Positions 1 to 13,044 of a DNA stretch of 64,000 bases are shown piece after piece (positions within the stretch are counted from its first letter, which is position 1; the number at the start of each line of letters is the position of its first letter). This stretch comes from Azolla caroliniana (Eukaryota; Plantae; Polypodiophyta), in the NCBI GenBank assembly GCA_043228905.1, contig JBHGNT010000003.1:15996001-16060000 (forward strand). The letters run 5' to 3'. The position numbers and the translations under genes were made by a program. Under the pieces are notes generated by a model. The model worked only from the letters and a program-made list of their open reading frames with translations. It was not told where the DNA came from and did no database searches.

Positions 1-670
1 CAAAGAACGTTATCATTGGATGAGTTGAGACAAAAAGAGTTACTAAAGGATGGAAATTATGAAACATATAATAGCTCAATGGCAACATCCAGTACAAGTG
101 GGTTGGCATTCATGTCTTCCATGTAAAGCTAACGTGTTTATCTAGTGAGTACTTATGGTTGGGATTTTGCCAATAGGAAATGCCTTGAAGAAGAGGGATA
201 TTATTAGTGGAATGTGTTGTTTTTTTCAGTGTCAACGGGATATAGTTGATCGAACATTGTCTTTGGTTTTGAGGCAAGGTTAATTTGGACATGTTTATTT
301 GTAGCATAGGCTTCTATAATTGAGGTCGGAAAAGAGATACAAAAGAGGTCGGAAAAGAGATACAAAAGACATGTTTATTTGTATCTGTTGGTGAAAAGAG
401 ATACAAAAGTTTGTATCTATTGTAACCACTTGTTGGCGAAGAGTCGGAGTAGAAGGTCGTTGCCTCTGTGTCTCCGTTGTATCCTACCTCTCTTCCACGG
501 CGATTCAGTTCGGAGTCAGTGGACTCCCGTGGTTTTGCCTCTCGAGGTTTTCCATGTTAACATATTGTGTCGACTCATTCCTATGTAAGTGCATTAATCT
601 CTATTACTGTTCTGTTTCTTCCATTGTGCGTTTGGAACTCAGTTGTGGCCAAGAGCGATTCCTCCCAACA
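1..670 (+). mobile_element. 3' end of a Ty1/Copia element (RNase H C-terminus remnant, PPT, 3' LTR ~202-670)
   Basis: Bases 8-22 translate RYHWM (Copia RH tail QRRYHW). Purine tract GAAGAAGAGGGA at ~187-198. LTR ends CCCAACA at 670 and contains the CCCGTGGTTTT..GGTTTTCCA and GTTGTGGCC motifs seen, reverse-complemented, in the other Tork-like LTRs here. 23-bp tandem repeat at 322-369. Confidence 0.6.
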
Positions 671-2907
671 TCCACATAGCACACATCTATGTGGACAAGT
701 TCTAGGGCACATTCTCTTCTCATCTGAGGCCTAGAGTGAAAGGTTGCCATGTTTTGCTTTCTAGCCAAGAAATCCAAACATTTTCTAAGATGTATTCATT
801 TCACTTCTGGCAGGAGATCCTTTTCGGCAAGGATATGCATTCCCCTTTCGCTCATGTGGTTGAACCTTTTATGCCACAACTCACCATTTAAGTCGGCCAC
901 TACATTTGCTTCATCTTGGTACAATCTTGCATGCATTACACAAAGTGTGTTCTGCTTTTGTGCTCGAGCCACAATAAGACTTCCCTTAATGAACTTCCAA
1001 GGACCATTATGAAAGCTACCACTATAGCCTACGTCATCCAACCGTTCAGCAGATATCAGATTCTATCTTACATCGGGATGTGGTGTACATCCTTCAACAT
1101 TAACCTACAGCCAGTGGATGTTAACACGCGCACATTTCCTATATCCACAACCTTGCATTCATCGTCATTTCCCATCTTTACATAGCCATAGTCACCGGTT
1201 GTGTAAGATGAGAAACATTCTCTTTTGGGAGTTAGTTGAAACAATGCACCAAAATCAACTACCCAAGAGCACTCAGCATCTACAAGATTCACACTAGCTT
1301 GTTCACATATGAATAGCATTTCTTCCTCCTTGGTTGCAATGTTGAAGTGTTTTTCTCATCAGAAATTTTTCTGGGTTCAAGATCATCAACAATTTTGATG
1401 TCCTTCTTGAGGTGTCGACAATTCTTCTGGAAATGACCAGGTTTCCTACAATAGAAACACGTGAGTCTTCCTCTGGATTTTGACCTAGCATGAGACTTGT
1501 CCCTATTTTGAGGACTTCTATGTTCACTTCTTCCTCTACCAAGGTTTTGTGCCACATTTGCTTCCGATTGAGACACACCATTCTTATCCTTTCTTCTTGT
1601 CTCTTCATTCAGAATGCTTTTCTTTACTACTTGTAAGGACAGTTTCTCTTCTTGACAAGAAGCACTAAGTGACACTACTAGGTTCTCCCAACTGCTCGAT
1701 AGGGTGCACAACATTAACAAGGCCTACATCGCATCATCTAATGGGAACTTCGTTGATGCTAGCTGGTTTACTAGCCCCATGAAAGTACTGATGTACACCA
1801 TAGCGCTATCAACATGTATGTATTTTAGCCTCACCAACATTCTCATTAGGGAAACTTTGTTGAGAGCATTTTTCCTTTCATACAACCCAGAGAGCTTATG
1901 CCACAAGTCGTAGGCATTTGTATCATTTGCAACATGTTGTAGGACGCTCATGTCTACACACTATCTGATGGTTGCAACAACTTTTCTGTTTAGGATTTTC
2001 CACTCAAACTCTATTACCCCTGTTGGTATATCCTTCCTATCTATCAGCTCATACAAGTCTCTAACTATCAGAAGATTCTCCATCTTGAAATTCTTCCAAT
2101 AAGAATAGTTGTGAGAGTGTAGGACTATCATTTCTAGAAAACCACTCACACTTCCTTCCATCTAGTACTTAGTGCTCGGATACCTAATTGAAATGTTTAT
2201 ATTCAGAGATAAACCCTAAAATTCAGATCTGACCCACAAGCATAAAATAAAGACAAACAATTTATGAGGAAACCCTCAATCAAGGAAAACCACAGGGCTC
2301 TCGGCTAGCAAGAAATTCCACTGTGAATCAAGAGTATACATAAAAGATTACAAGATTCCCTAGCTTGCTAAGGGAAGATCCAAATCTCTGAGAATACCAC
2401 AACACTATAGAGGGAACGAAGCTCACACAATAGTGGTATATGAAATGACAAAACCTGTTTAGGTATAGGTGTAGTCCCAAGTTGTCGTCTGAAACCTTGG
2501 CTAGGGTTTCCACCAAATCCAACACAACCTTATTGTTCTATGTATGTCTCTTCCACCACAAACCGTTTTCTTCTCATTCTCTGTTTTCTTCTTGTTCTTT
2601 GTTTTCTTCTTGTTCTCTATAGAACCTTGAGCTCAATATCGCTCACGCGCTCTCACAGTCACAACTCTCTCTCTCTCGCATAGAGGTAATACTATGTAAC
2701 CCTAACTACTATGTATGTATATATATTTGACCTCTTGGCCGACTTCGGTCAACCGACTCTCATTTGGCCTCTCGGTTGATTCCGATCAGTTGACTCTCAT
2801 TCGGCCTCCCGACCGATTTTGACCAGCCAATCCTCATTCAGACTCTCAGTTGATTCACGAATTTTCAACCGTCTTCCCCCCATTACGAGGGACACGCTTA
2901 CATAACA
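671..2907 (-). mobile_element. Truncated, degenerate Tork/Tnt1-like Copia element (5' LTR ~2189-2907, PBS, gag-PR-GAG-pre-integrase remnants)
   Basis: ORF fragments 1961-2161, 1724-1951, 1289-1720 (CFYCRKPGHFQKNC zinc knuckle), 1068-1319 (WVVDFGA protease) and 796-1041 (LWHKRFNH) are collinear with the 26972-30685 polyprotein. Degenerate iMet PBS GCTCGGATACC at 2174-2184. ~36-bp U3 repeats at 2731-2856. The right LTR end is approximate. Confidence 0.8.
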
Positions 2908-3272
2908 CTAAAAAGGAGAAGCACCCTCTTCAAGCTAGATAGTTTACTCCGTTCCTCTTCTCTCCTAAGCCATCTAAGTTATCCATGTTTATTCTCCATG
3001 TATAACCAATAATTCTCTTCTAATACATATAGACTTATTTTATTCATATGCTTGCTTAATTACATGTATTTTCTTCTTATATCTCACAATCTCCTAGTTT
3101 TTGTCACTAATTAAACATGTATTATGAATTACAAGTGACTTACTACTCTTCTAGCTATGTGAGAATAACATAAATCCTCACAGCTTTGGTCATGTGTGAT
3201 CATTGAAAACGTGAATGATGTTGGCATGTGAAGAGATAAAAATGTATGAATCGGCAAAACATTATCTTCATC

Positions 3273-3784
3273 ATTTCGGTCTGCCTTCACTTGATAGGAT
3301 TTACAGGACTTTTGATTAGGATGTGGATGTTTCCTTCAAGTTTCTTTCTTTTGTAATTGATACCATTCAAACTACATATGAACAAGGAAAGGAGAGAGAG
3401 ACAGACAGATAGAGACAGAGCATAAAGTGAGAGCATATCGACAAAACTTGAAGGGAGTACTAATGTGATAATTTTCTTTATTGGAGAAAGTGGAAAATCT
3501 TTCCTTGGTGGAGTGTTTAGCTTGCCTATTTCGGTCTGCCTTCACTTGATAGGATTTACAAGACTTTTGATTAGGATGTGGATGTTTCCTTCAAGTTTCT
3601 TTCTTTTGTAATTGATACCATTCAAACTACATATGAACAAGGAAAGGAGAGAGACACACAGAGAGAGAGAGAGCATAAAGTGAGAGCATATCGACAAAAC
3701 TTGAAGGCAGTACTAATGTCATAATTTTCTTTATTGGAGAAAGTGGAAAATCTTTCCTTGGTCGAATGTTCAGCTTGCCTATTT
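3273..3784. repeat. 255-bp direct tandem duplication (3273-3527 / 3528-3784), possibly within a decayed solo LTR (TGTTG 3219 ... CAACA 3795)
   Basis: Two near-identical copies, each starting ATTTCGGTCTGCCTTCAC, with ATTT microhomology at the junctions. No TSD supports the LTR reading. Confidence 0.9.
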
Positions 3785-4167
3785 GCAATTCAACATGTTC
3801 CACTACACATGTAGTTAGTGGGGGACCATACTTCATTGTGACACCCATTGTAAGTAGTGTTTCTCATACACATTTATTAATATAATTGTGTGTTTTCACC
3901 AAAAATAAGAGAGGATAAAGTTTATTAGGAGTTTTTGGTACACATAAAGCGATGGTTAATCACGTTAATATATATTACAAAAAGCCTATCATTGGAAAAA
4001 TACTTCTGTGTCTCTATTGAAACACTAAGGGAAAATGATAATTTGGACTTCTAGGGATGTTAGAAATATGTAGGCCCTTCCCCTAAAACATAAGAGGCCA
4101 AAAAGAGCAGTTCTAGATCCTTCCCGAATCGTGTACCATAGCTAGATCAAATTTGTGTGGAAGCAAA

Positions 4168-5256
4168 ATGGTTGGATGGGTGTTTTGGGTGATGACTGCT
4201 CTCATGGTCACAATATTGTGGCATGTATACCAGCAACTAGTAGTGGGCACTTATGATGTTGTAGGTAAGAAACTAAAGAAGAAGGTTCACCACAGCACTT
4301 CAACCATATTGATGCTATGTCTCCTTTTGCCCATATGCATTTACCTTTCATGGGCACCCTCAAGCTGCCATGTCCGAACCGCATTGGCCATTGTCCTTCT
4401 TTGGACTGCCCCTTCGAAGCTTATTCTCCTCGTCTTCTTCTCCACCGAATTCGATTCGCTCCCATGGATTACATCGAGCTTCTCCCATTTCCTCATTGCG
4501 CTTCTCCTTCCAATACAGATCATGGGCCCACGGAATGCGCATAATCAGAACTTCTTCTCGATATCGCTTCCAAGTGCTGCACATAACTCCATTAAAGCTC
4601 TGGTGCTCCTGGGGGTAATGAATATATATCCTCATTTCCATGCTATCCCCGAAGCTTTGCTCTATCTCCTCTATTGCATTCATTTCTACTTAGGGATCAT
4701 GTTGCCCATGGAATCATTGGGGACAATCGTGGCAAGCATCTACCAAGTGGAAGTGGCGGAGCAATTTGACATGCCCATAATGGCCGAGTCGCTCGAAGAG
4801 TTTTGGGGGAAGCGATGGAACCGAATAGTACATAGCCTTCTGAAAGAGACTGTATACAAGCCCATCTTAGCATTGAATGGGAAGAGAGGCTCCACAAATG
4901 CGGAAAAGAAATGGGTGGCCATGGTGTCCACTTTCGGGGTCTCGGCCGTGATGCATGAGATTATATTCGTGGTCGTTAGCCGATCGCCACCAACGGGTGA
5001 GATGACTGCCTTCTTCCTGCTCCATGGCCTTGTCACGTCGATTCGCAAGCCGAATCTAGGTCACATTGAGTTGCCCAAATGGATCAAACATGTAACCACA
5101 TGTTGCTTTCTCTACATAACCGTGTCCATCTTCTTCCTTCGCCCACTTCGCCGAGTGGGTACGGACCAGCAGGCTATAGCTGAGTATCATCACTTTCAGT
5201 CTTCCATTCTCTACCTCTCCCACAAATTGGTAAGCTGGATTTCCTCATGGATCTGA
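4168..5256 (+). CDS. MBOAT-family acyltransferase (plant wax synthase / long-chain-alcohol O-fatty-acyltransferase / sterol O-acyltransferase type), intronless, 362 aa
   Basis: Motifs EQFDMPIMAESLEEFWGKRWN, LLKETVYKP, TFGVSAVMHEIIF (catalytic His) and PTGEMTAFFLLHG match the jojoba WS / Arabidopsis ASAT1-AT family pattern. Multiple hydrophobic helices. First ATG at 4168 in AAAATGG context (the ORF-track start at 4153 is a TTG). Confidence 0.93.
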   Translation: MVGWVFWVMTALMVTILWHVYQQLVVGTYDVVGKKLKKKVHHSTSTILMLCLLLPICIYLSWAPSSCHVRTALAIVLLWTAPSKLILLVFFSTEFDSLPWITSSFSHFLIALLLPIQIMGPRNAHNQNFFSISLPSAAHNSIKALVLLGVMNIYPHFHAIPEALLYLLYCIHFYLGIMLPMESLGTIVASIYQVEVAEQFDMPIMAESLEEFWGKRWNRIVHSLLKETVYKPILALNGKRGSTNAEKKWVAMVSTFGVSAVMHEIIFVVVSRSPPTGEMTAFFLLHGLVTSIRKPNLGHIELPKWIKHVTTCCFLYITVSIFFLRPLRRVGTDQQAIAEYHHFQSSILYLSHKLVSWISSWI

Positions 5257-6394
5257 GTATTGACCTCCATTTTATATACATTGTTGTATGATATGCCATA
5301 AACGTGTATTACTACCACAAGACCATCATATTTTTTTATGTATCTAACATAGCAATTGGAAAAATATCATAAATTCCTTCATGTAAAGGGAATTAGTGAT
5401 GGTGAAGTGTTGTGTCTGGTACCATGCCTTTGGGTTGATTCAAGATAGGTACATCATTGGCAATCATTAACCTCTACCTTGGACGATTTTCGGATCTATG
5501 CCTAGATCAAGTTGGAAACCTTCTTATTACGAATGTGCAAGCACGAGCCAAGCAATACAAACGAGGTGATGCTAATGCCTGCGAATCAAGTTGAGGGTAG
5601 TTAAGGTTTTGACCCACAAAAGAGTACACCAATGGGGGATGTTTTTTAGGTCTATCCCAATCTTCTAGATTAGGGGTCCTCACTATCTTCGTCTTTTAGG
5701 ATCGTGAATCCTCATAGTTAGAAAAGTTTAGGGAAACCTAGAAATTGTAGACAAGACCACTAGGGAATATGATCACCTGGGAATTTGTCCCCCAACTAAA
5801 GTTGCAAGCTAGTGAAGTGTGATTTTGTTGTATTTAGGTTGCATAAACTAATTACTATAATCTTAGGCGGCTTCCGACAATGACATGAAACTTACTTATG
5901 TTAAACTAACAAACTACATGTCATTGTCGATTCGCTACACATCATGAATATCAAGGTGAAGAAGTTAAAGAAGGCATGATTAGTGAGAGAGCAAAGATTA
6001 AAGATGAGACCATGAATTAGTATTACATGTTAATGGCCCATGGGGAAGTAGATACATAGAATGGCTTAAAGACGTTGACATTGATCTACCTATGATCAAG
6101 TGTGGAAGAAAACCCCCATTTTATATATATTATACACGTTCAATTCACAAGTCAAACTCTATAATCCTTCACCTTGTGTGTGACCAATTAGCACAAATCA
6201 ACACAATTACAATGCAATATCACATGCTTGATTTAAATTGTTTTCATTTTCGTTTTTCTTCATCTTTAAGTGTTCCTTACCCTTTCTAGTATTCTACCGC
6301 TTGACTAGGGATAATTTTATAATACCCTATACACATTCGTCAATGTTACCCTATACTAAGTAAGTATCATTGATCTGTTCCCTTTATGTATACA

Positions 6395-6890
6395 AGAGGG
6401 TATCAAAAAATAAGCAACAATTTGATGGAGCGAAAACTAAAACATGAAAACACATGGTTTCATGGTTCAATGCTTAATTTGTTTGGTTCAATTTGGTTTA
6501 AATTCTGAAATGGGAAAACATTTTTGTTTGGATTTGTAGGGCTAAACCAATTCGGTTAGTTTTCATTTGAAATTGCATATTGTGGTTTATAGGTTGGGAA
6601 TTGGAGCTTAATTGCCTAAAATGGGTTATAAGATCACTTGATATTATAGTTTGTACACTTTCTCTTTCATTAACTTTATGAACCTCTTGTCAATCATCAA
6701 TGTTGTTTTTATGTAATAAAAGCTTTAAAAATGTTGTTTTGCCTATTTTAAGGTAAGTGATTTTCAATTGTATATTTTATGCGCGTTTAGGTTTGAGGAT
6801 CTCCTACATCTTTTGGTTTGAATTCTTTTCGTTTATGCATTTTAACTTGATGATTTCAAGGTTCAGTTCGGTTTGAGACTCTCCTATTAG
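6395..6890. mobile_element. Possible decayed non-autonomous DNA transposon (MITE/hAT-like)
   Basis: Clusters of GGTTC/GGTTT/AAACC subterminal-type motifs at ~6430-6570 and ~6790-6875 around an AT-rich core. No clear TIR or TSD. Confidence 0.3.
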
Positions 6891-8163
6891 ATAGGGAATA
6901 CAAGAAATTCCTTACTTTATTTGTGTGGGGTTCATCAAACAAGCATCAAAGATTAATAATAATCAAGACAAAGAAGTTGTGTTAGCACGACCAAGTTGTT
7001 CTTGTCTCCAATGTGCAACTCGTGCACCCACTTTAACATCACAAAAAAGAATGGTACACTTGATTGTACATCAAATGTGTTTTGTTTGTTCCTTTCTTTA
7101 TTTTGATCTGACTCTTTATGGCATCACTTTTTTAGGATATGGATGTCGTGGTATTTCCATGGCCACGATAGAAATGTGTCATTGTGTAGATCCTCTAACT
7201 AATGAATTAATGCCAAACCATGAGCCATCATAACTCTATCTTCAACATTGAATGATCATCACTTAGAGCATATACTCCACTCTCAATACACAAGCAAATA
7301 TTTCTTTGATATATCATTAGAATTTGTAGCTACCTATTAACTTTTGACTTATTGTCAAGTTATGATTTTTATCATGTTTCCTTTATATATTCCTTCTACA
7401 TTGTGAGTATTTCAAATTAATTTTCCAACACATTCTTTTATATAAAAGCCCAAAACTCAACTAGATATTTACCAACTCAAGCTTAACATATGAAAGCAAA
7501 ACAATTTATCATTATGGTTCCAAGGAATTCACTATCATGTTGTAATGACTCCACATGAATAGGCACTCTGTTTTTGCAAGTCACATCACATGTTTGTTTC
7601 TTTTTCACACCACCATTCTTTGACGTTGTCTCCCTAGTTTTCTTATGATTTCTACTTGAACGTTGCTTTGCAACTTCATTAATCCTAATGTATACGATTG
7701 CATTCCTCTTCCCAATCATTCATGTTTAGATATTTTCTTTGTTGTTCTTCATCTTTGTTTTTATCATTTAAAATTATGACCATATTCAATGTTCTTTTTG
7801 TCAGGGTCGTAGCCAAAGACAAGTTTAAAATGAAGACAACAATGAGAAGTAGAAAATACGAAAGGAAGTAGAGAGAAATAAGATGTTGAAAATGTATTAG
7901 CAATGAGTACAAGGTTTATAATAGCAATGAGAACAAGGGTTACAAGAGTATGCCGAAGACTGGCATTGAACCGGAATGGTTCATCAATACTTCGATACAT
8001 GTTTATATAGCATGCTTTGGATTCATGCATGCTTGCCACCTCACAAGCACGCATGATCACCATTTGGCATTCATGCAAGCATGCCACTTGGTAATCATGC
8101 ATTAGCATATGCGGTGGCAATGTTTCATAATATTATATATTTTTCATCCTGATCTAATATAAG

Positions 8164-11100
8164 TGGTGCGAGATCAAGCTCCACTTAGTTTAGTTAGTTA
8201 GTCAACCATGTAACTTTGTAGTTACCTAAATAGAATCTAGTTAGAAGTGTTGACTATAACGCCTTAAATAGGACCTTGTACTTAAGTGGGATATTCTAGA
8301 TCCTCCACTCCTAAGTACATTTAATATAGGACTTACACTTTTGTACCTATATTATACTCACACATGTGCACCCTTGCACATGAGATCTATATATACCTCA
8401 TTGTGGGTATTTTTGTATTTGATGATGATAATGCTAATTTAATATAGAGTTAATCATCCCCCATCTTGTGTTGTTCATAAGTGTTAACTTCTTCTCTCTC
8501 TCTTTTCCTCTCACACACATACACACAGATATCAGTTAATCTTTTGCTTATCAACTAATCACATAATTAGGTACTAATTAATCCTTGCTTAATTACTTAC
8601 CTAATTCTTAACACGGTATCGGAGCGTGTGGTTTAGGACATCCACTAAGCCCATCCGCCTCTTCATAATTGTCTGTTCGAAACGCCGATGAAAAATTCCG
8701 GCTATTCGCTACGTAGCACGTGTATGTGATCGAAGGAAGAAAAGCAAAAGACGAGAAGACACTAATCAACATGAACACACAAATGGGTAGCTCACTCCCT
8801 ACTGAAAAGCTAGACCGGAACAATTATTCATCTTGGTAGTACATGATGAACCAATACCTTGTCGGCCAAGGGTATTGGAGCTACATCAATGACGCTCAAG
8901 CAAGAAAATTGACCCGACCCAAAGAATGCCAACTACTCAACATGGGAGCAAGCGGCTAGTTGAGTCATGTATTGCTTGGCAACATGTGTCCATGACCACA
9001 TGATTAGCCACATTCGAGACGCAAGATGCCCAAAGAGGCGTGGGAGAACTTAAAGAAAATGTTCGCCGCCAACACAACCGCCTGAAAGCTTCAACTCCGA
9101 CAATAGTTGAACAACATTCGGCAAAAAAAACATGTTCGTGTTGGACTACACTGCCAAGATCAAGAGCATTTGCGACTGGCTTGGCTCCATCAAAATAAAC
9201 ATTGACGAAGATGAGATGGTTCAAGTATGCTTGGGCGGCCTCACACAACCATTCGACTTGTTGAGGACGGCAATCTTGGCGAGGGAAAACCCTCCTTCGT
9301 TCTTCAACCTCCAATCAATGTTATTGGTCGAAGAGAACCATGTTTGAACCAAGATGAAGACGTCGGAAGGACAAATGTTCTTCTCAAGCTCGGACGGTGG
9401 TTGAGGACGAGGTCGCGGAGGAGGAGGTCACGACGGTAGAAGAGGCCAATTCGGCCCATCACACGAAGGGAACTCAAACCTTCGACAACAAGACGGAAGC
9501 CATAAGGGAACCTTCGGAAGAAAGGGGAGCTTTCATGCCGAACAAGGTCGACAAATGACGCCCGCAACTTGCAATTATTGCGGAAAAATCAGCCACCGCG
9601 AGGAGGAGTGCCGAAAAAGAAGAAGCGAGTCGGCTTCGACAAGTCAACAACTCACGAATTACGCCGCCAACTTCGAATATGACGACTACGACGGACTATT
9701 CGTAATGAGGCATAGAGCGAACTCTATGTCGGCCTTCGACTCCGGAAGCACCTCCAACTTGGAAGACATGTGGTTCATCGATTTCGACGCCTCACATCAT
9801 ATGAAGTCACACGAAGAATGGTTTCGTGACTTACGAACGCCGAACCGACCTGACTTCATAGAGACGGGAGACGACGCCACACATCCCATTTGACACATCG
9901 GCAATGTCCCATTCAGGAAAGAAGGTGAGCAAACTTGCATCAAGAATGTCTTGCATGTGCCCACAATAATGAAGAATTTGGTCTCCGTCGGCCAAATTGT
10001 GGAGCAAGGCATGCAAGTCCGCTTCAACAACGAAGAATGTTTCATCGAGAAAGATGGACGACTCATAGCCAAGGGATGGAGAGATAGTCGCATGTTCATC
10101 CTCGATTCATAGCCAAGGTGAAATCGGCAATGTATGCTAAAGATCTCAAAACCGAGACAAGCATCGTGTTGTGGCACAAGAGAATCGGCCACATAAATCT
10201 CCAACGGCTCTGAGCTATGCAATCAAAGGGAGTCGTCATCGGACTTCTGTCATTCGAGTCAAAACGAGTCGACCGAGTATGCGAAGTGTGTCAACTCGGC
10301 AAACAACATTGACTCCCATTCCCGAAGGAGAGCCACGCGAGCAAAGGCCTCCTCAACATCATACACTCGGATGTATGGGGACCGGCTCAAAGGCCGACAA
10401 TCGGCGGATGCCGATTCTACGTCACCTTCATCGACGACTACTAACTCTACGTGTGGATATTCCTAATGAAGAAGAAGAGCGAAGTGTTCTCCCACTTCCA
10501 AAAGCTCAAGGGCCAAGTTGAAAAAGAAACCGGTCGGCACATTCGATGCCTACAATCAGATGGAGGCAAGGAGTACTTCTTCGATGAATTCACCTCCTAC
10601 CTCTAAAGTAAAGGCATTCGGAGAGAATTCTCGTGCCAACACACACCCCAACAAAATGGAGTAGCCGAAAGGAAGAATAGGCCAATACTCGAGGTAGCAC
10701 GCGCCATGATGCATGAGAAGCACATGTCGAATTTCTATTGGGCCGAAGCGGCATCCACGACTGTCTATCTCATGAATCGATGCACCACTAATGGAGTGCA
10801 TGAGCTAACTCCATATGAGCTCCTCGTCAGAAGGAGGCCGATCCTGTCATACCTCAAGGTGTTTAGAAGCATATTGCAAATGTACATATCCCGAACTAAC
10901 AATGACAAAAGCCCGACGCGAAGTCGGAGGAATGTATCCTCATAGGATACTCCTTCGAGAAGAAGGCATACAAGTGCTACAACCCTTCTACTCGAGTGGT
11001 TCGGGTAAGTCGAGACGTACTCTTCGACGAGTTCGCATCCTTGTACGCACCAAAGACAACTTCGACTCCGACTTTGCTGAACCCGGAATCCGCCGAACAA

Positions 11101-12964
11101 GATGTAGAAGATGGAGATCGCTTCGAACACATGTTCAAAGAAAGCCGATTACGGCAAGGCCTATTGGGCCACAAGAGCCCCCACGCGACCCAAGCACGTC
11201 GCGGCCAAGTACGAACTTGGACAAAGGCGAAGGTAAGATGCCCAAATACGAATTCGATCACCCCGACGACAGTGATTTGGATGTGTCGGCTCCCTCACTA
11301 GACAATGAGTTCGGTGTACCCATCATGCGGACACATGGAGCTAAGAAGGCACTCACATCGGCGAGCGAAAAACTTTGACGCTCATCTAGAGCAAAGAACC
11401 GCATCACTCGGCTCGGCTACAACGAGTACTTGGCCCATCACTATGCCTTCGCGATGAAGTTAGCGGCCGAACAAGAGCCCAAGAGCTCCACCGAAGGAGC
11501 TCGTAACCCATGATGGGTGGAAGTAGTCGACCTTCACCCACACACTACAAGCCTTCGTCACCGGCTTGAGGGGAAGGACCTGAGATTGGCTCGGAAAGGC
11601 CGAAGAAAGCCAAAGGTTGGACGGAAGCACACGAAGCCGACGAAAGCCAAAGCAGATGTCAGACGCCTCATACTTGAGCTTGAGCGGGCGTGTTGAGAGA
11701 TCAAGCTCAACTTAGTTTAGTTAGTTCATCAACCATGTAACTTCGTAGTTACCTAGATAGAATCTAGTTAGAAGTGTTGACTATAACACCTTAAATAGGA
11801 CTTTGTACTTAAGTGGGATATTCTAGATCCTCCACTCCTAAGTACATTTAATATAGGACTTACACTTTTGTACCTATATTATACTCACACATGTGCACCC
11901 TTGCACATGAGATCTATATATACCTCATTGTGGGTATTTTTGTATTTGATGACGATAATGCTAATTTAATATAGAGTTAATCATCCCCCATCTTGTGTTG
12001 TTCATAAGTGTTAACTTCCTCTCTCTCTATCTTCCTTTCATGGTTGTTTACATACCCGTATTTAACGTTTAAATACGTATAATACCTCATCATTTGTATA
12101 GTACGTACTATACCTCAATGTTGTTCAATCAAATATCATGTACATTTGTCCAATACGGTATTTAACGTATTTATAAAAAAACAGGTATAATACGTATTTA
12201 TAAAGAAAATATAAGTAAAACCCTAACAAAAGGCAAAAGAAAAAAAAGATTTTAGTGAAAAAGAAGCCAAAGGAAGAAAGAAGAATAGAAGAGACAACGA
12301 TGAAGAAGATGAAGAAGAAGAAGAAGAAGAAGAAGAAGAGAGAAAAGAAGACTTGTCTTGAGTGTGATAATCGCAAAAGATAGAAGAAGAAGAAGAAAAC
12401 GAAGAAAAGAGAAACCTATCATGAGTGTGATAATCGTAGACGATTCCTCAATCTATGAAGGCATAATTGTAAATAATTACAATTTGAAGTAGAACATCGT
12501 GATACACACTTACACTGATTTATAGAATAAGGGAATGTCGACATCCATATTACTACAAGTATTTTAGGATGTGAAATGTCCAAATGTCTTATATGCATTT
12601 TAGGATGTAGAACTAACTATATTGTACATCACAAAATTGTGTAAACATAGATGTTTTTTACAAGATTGTAGATATTTTTAGAAAGGTAAATAATTTTCAA
12701 ATTCTAAAAGTATTTAACGTACTATACGTAAAATACGTATTATTAGTATTTGACATATTAAGAAAACGTATTTAACGTATTTTTAAATTGGGAGGTACTA
12801 TATGGGTATTAATACGTTAAATATGTATGGTATTTGTATCATACCTAACATAGCTTGCCTCTCATATACATACACACACATATCACTTAATCTTCCGCTT
12901 ATCAACTAATCACATAATGAGGTACTAATTAATCCTTGCTTAATTACTTACCTAAATCTTAACA
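8164..12964 (+). mobile_element. Ale/Ivana-like Copia deletion derivative (gag-PR-INT present, RT-RH deleted)
   Basis: LTRs 8164-8613 and 11691-12964. TSD ATAAG (8159-8163 / 12965-12969). PBS CGGTATCGGAGC at 8614-8625. PPT-like GAGCGGGCG before 11691. Degenerate gag (CNYCGKISHREEEC), PR (WFIDFDASHHM) and INT. Homology to the 40998-46694 relative stops at ~11525, before RT. Confidence 0.9.
12039..12857. mobile_element. Non-autonomous DNA transposon (hAT/MITE-like) inserted in a Copia 3' LTR
   Basis: ~820 bp present in the 3' LTR and absent from the 5' LTR. CA..TG ends, flanking CCTTT(CAT)/CCTCT(CAT) duplication, repeated TATTTAACGT/AATACGT subterminal motifs at both ends, GAA-rich core. Confidence 0.7.
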
Positions 12965-12989
12965 ATAAGAATTTATAACATTATATATG

Positions 12990-13044
12990 TAATATAGTGG
13001 TTGAAGCTACACATCATCTTAGAGGAGGTCATGGGTACGAATCA
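12990..13044 (+). other. tRNA-derived A/B-box module in LTR U3 (degenerate)
   Basis: TAATATAGTGG-33 nt-GGTACGAATC, with an AGGTC variable-loop motif. Confidence 0.55.

Noticed and set aside
2731-2856. ~36-bp periodic repeats resembling a CRISPR array
   Set aside because: Head-to-tail degenerate U3 repeats without unique spacers, in eukaryotic TE context with no cas genes.
4153-4167. TTG start for the MBOAT ORF
   Set aside because: In a eukaryotic gene the first ATG with good context is at 4168.
12125-12376. Phe-rich 83-aa membrane-like ORF
   Set aside because: Antisense of a GAA low-complexity tract.
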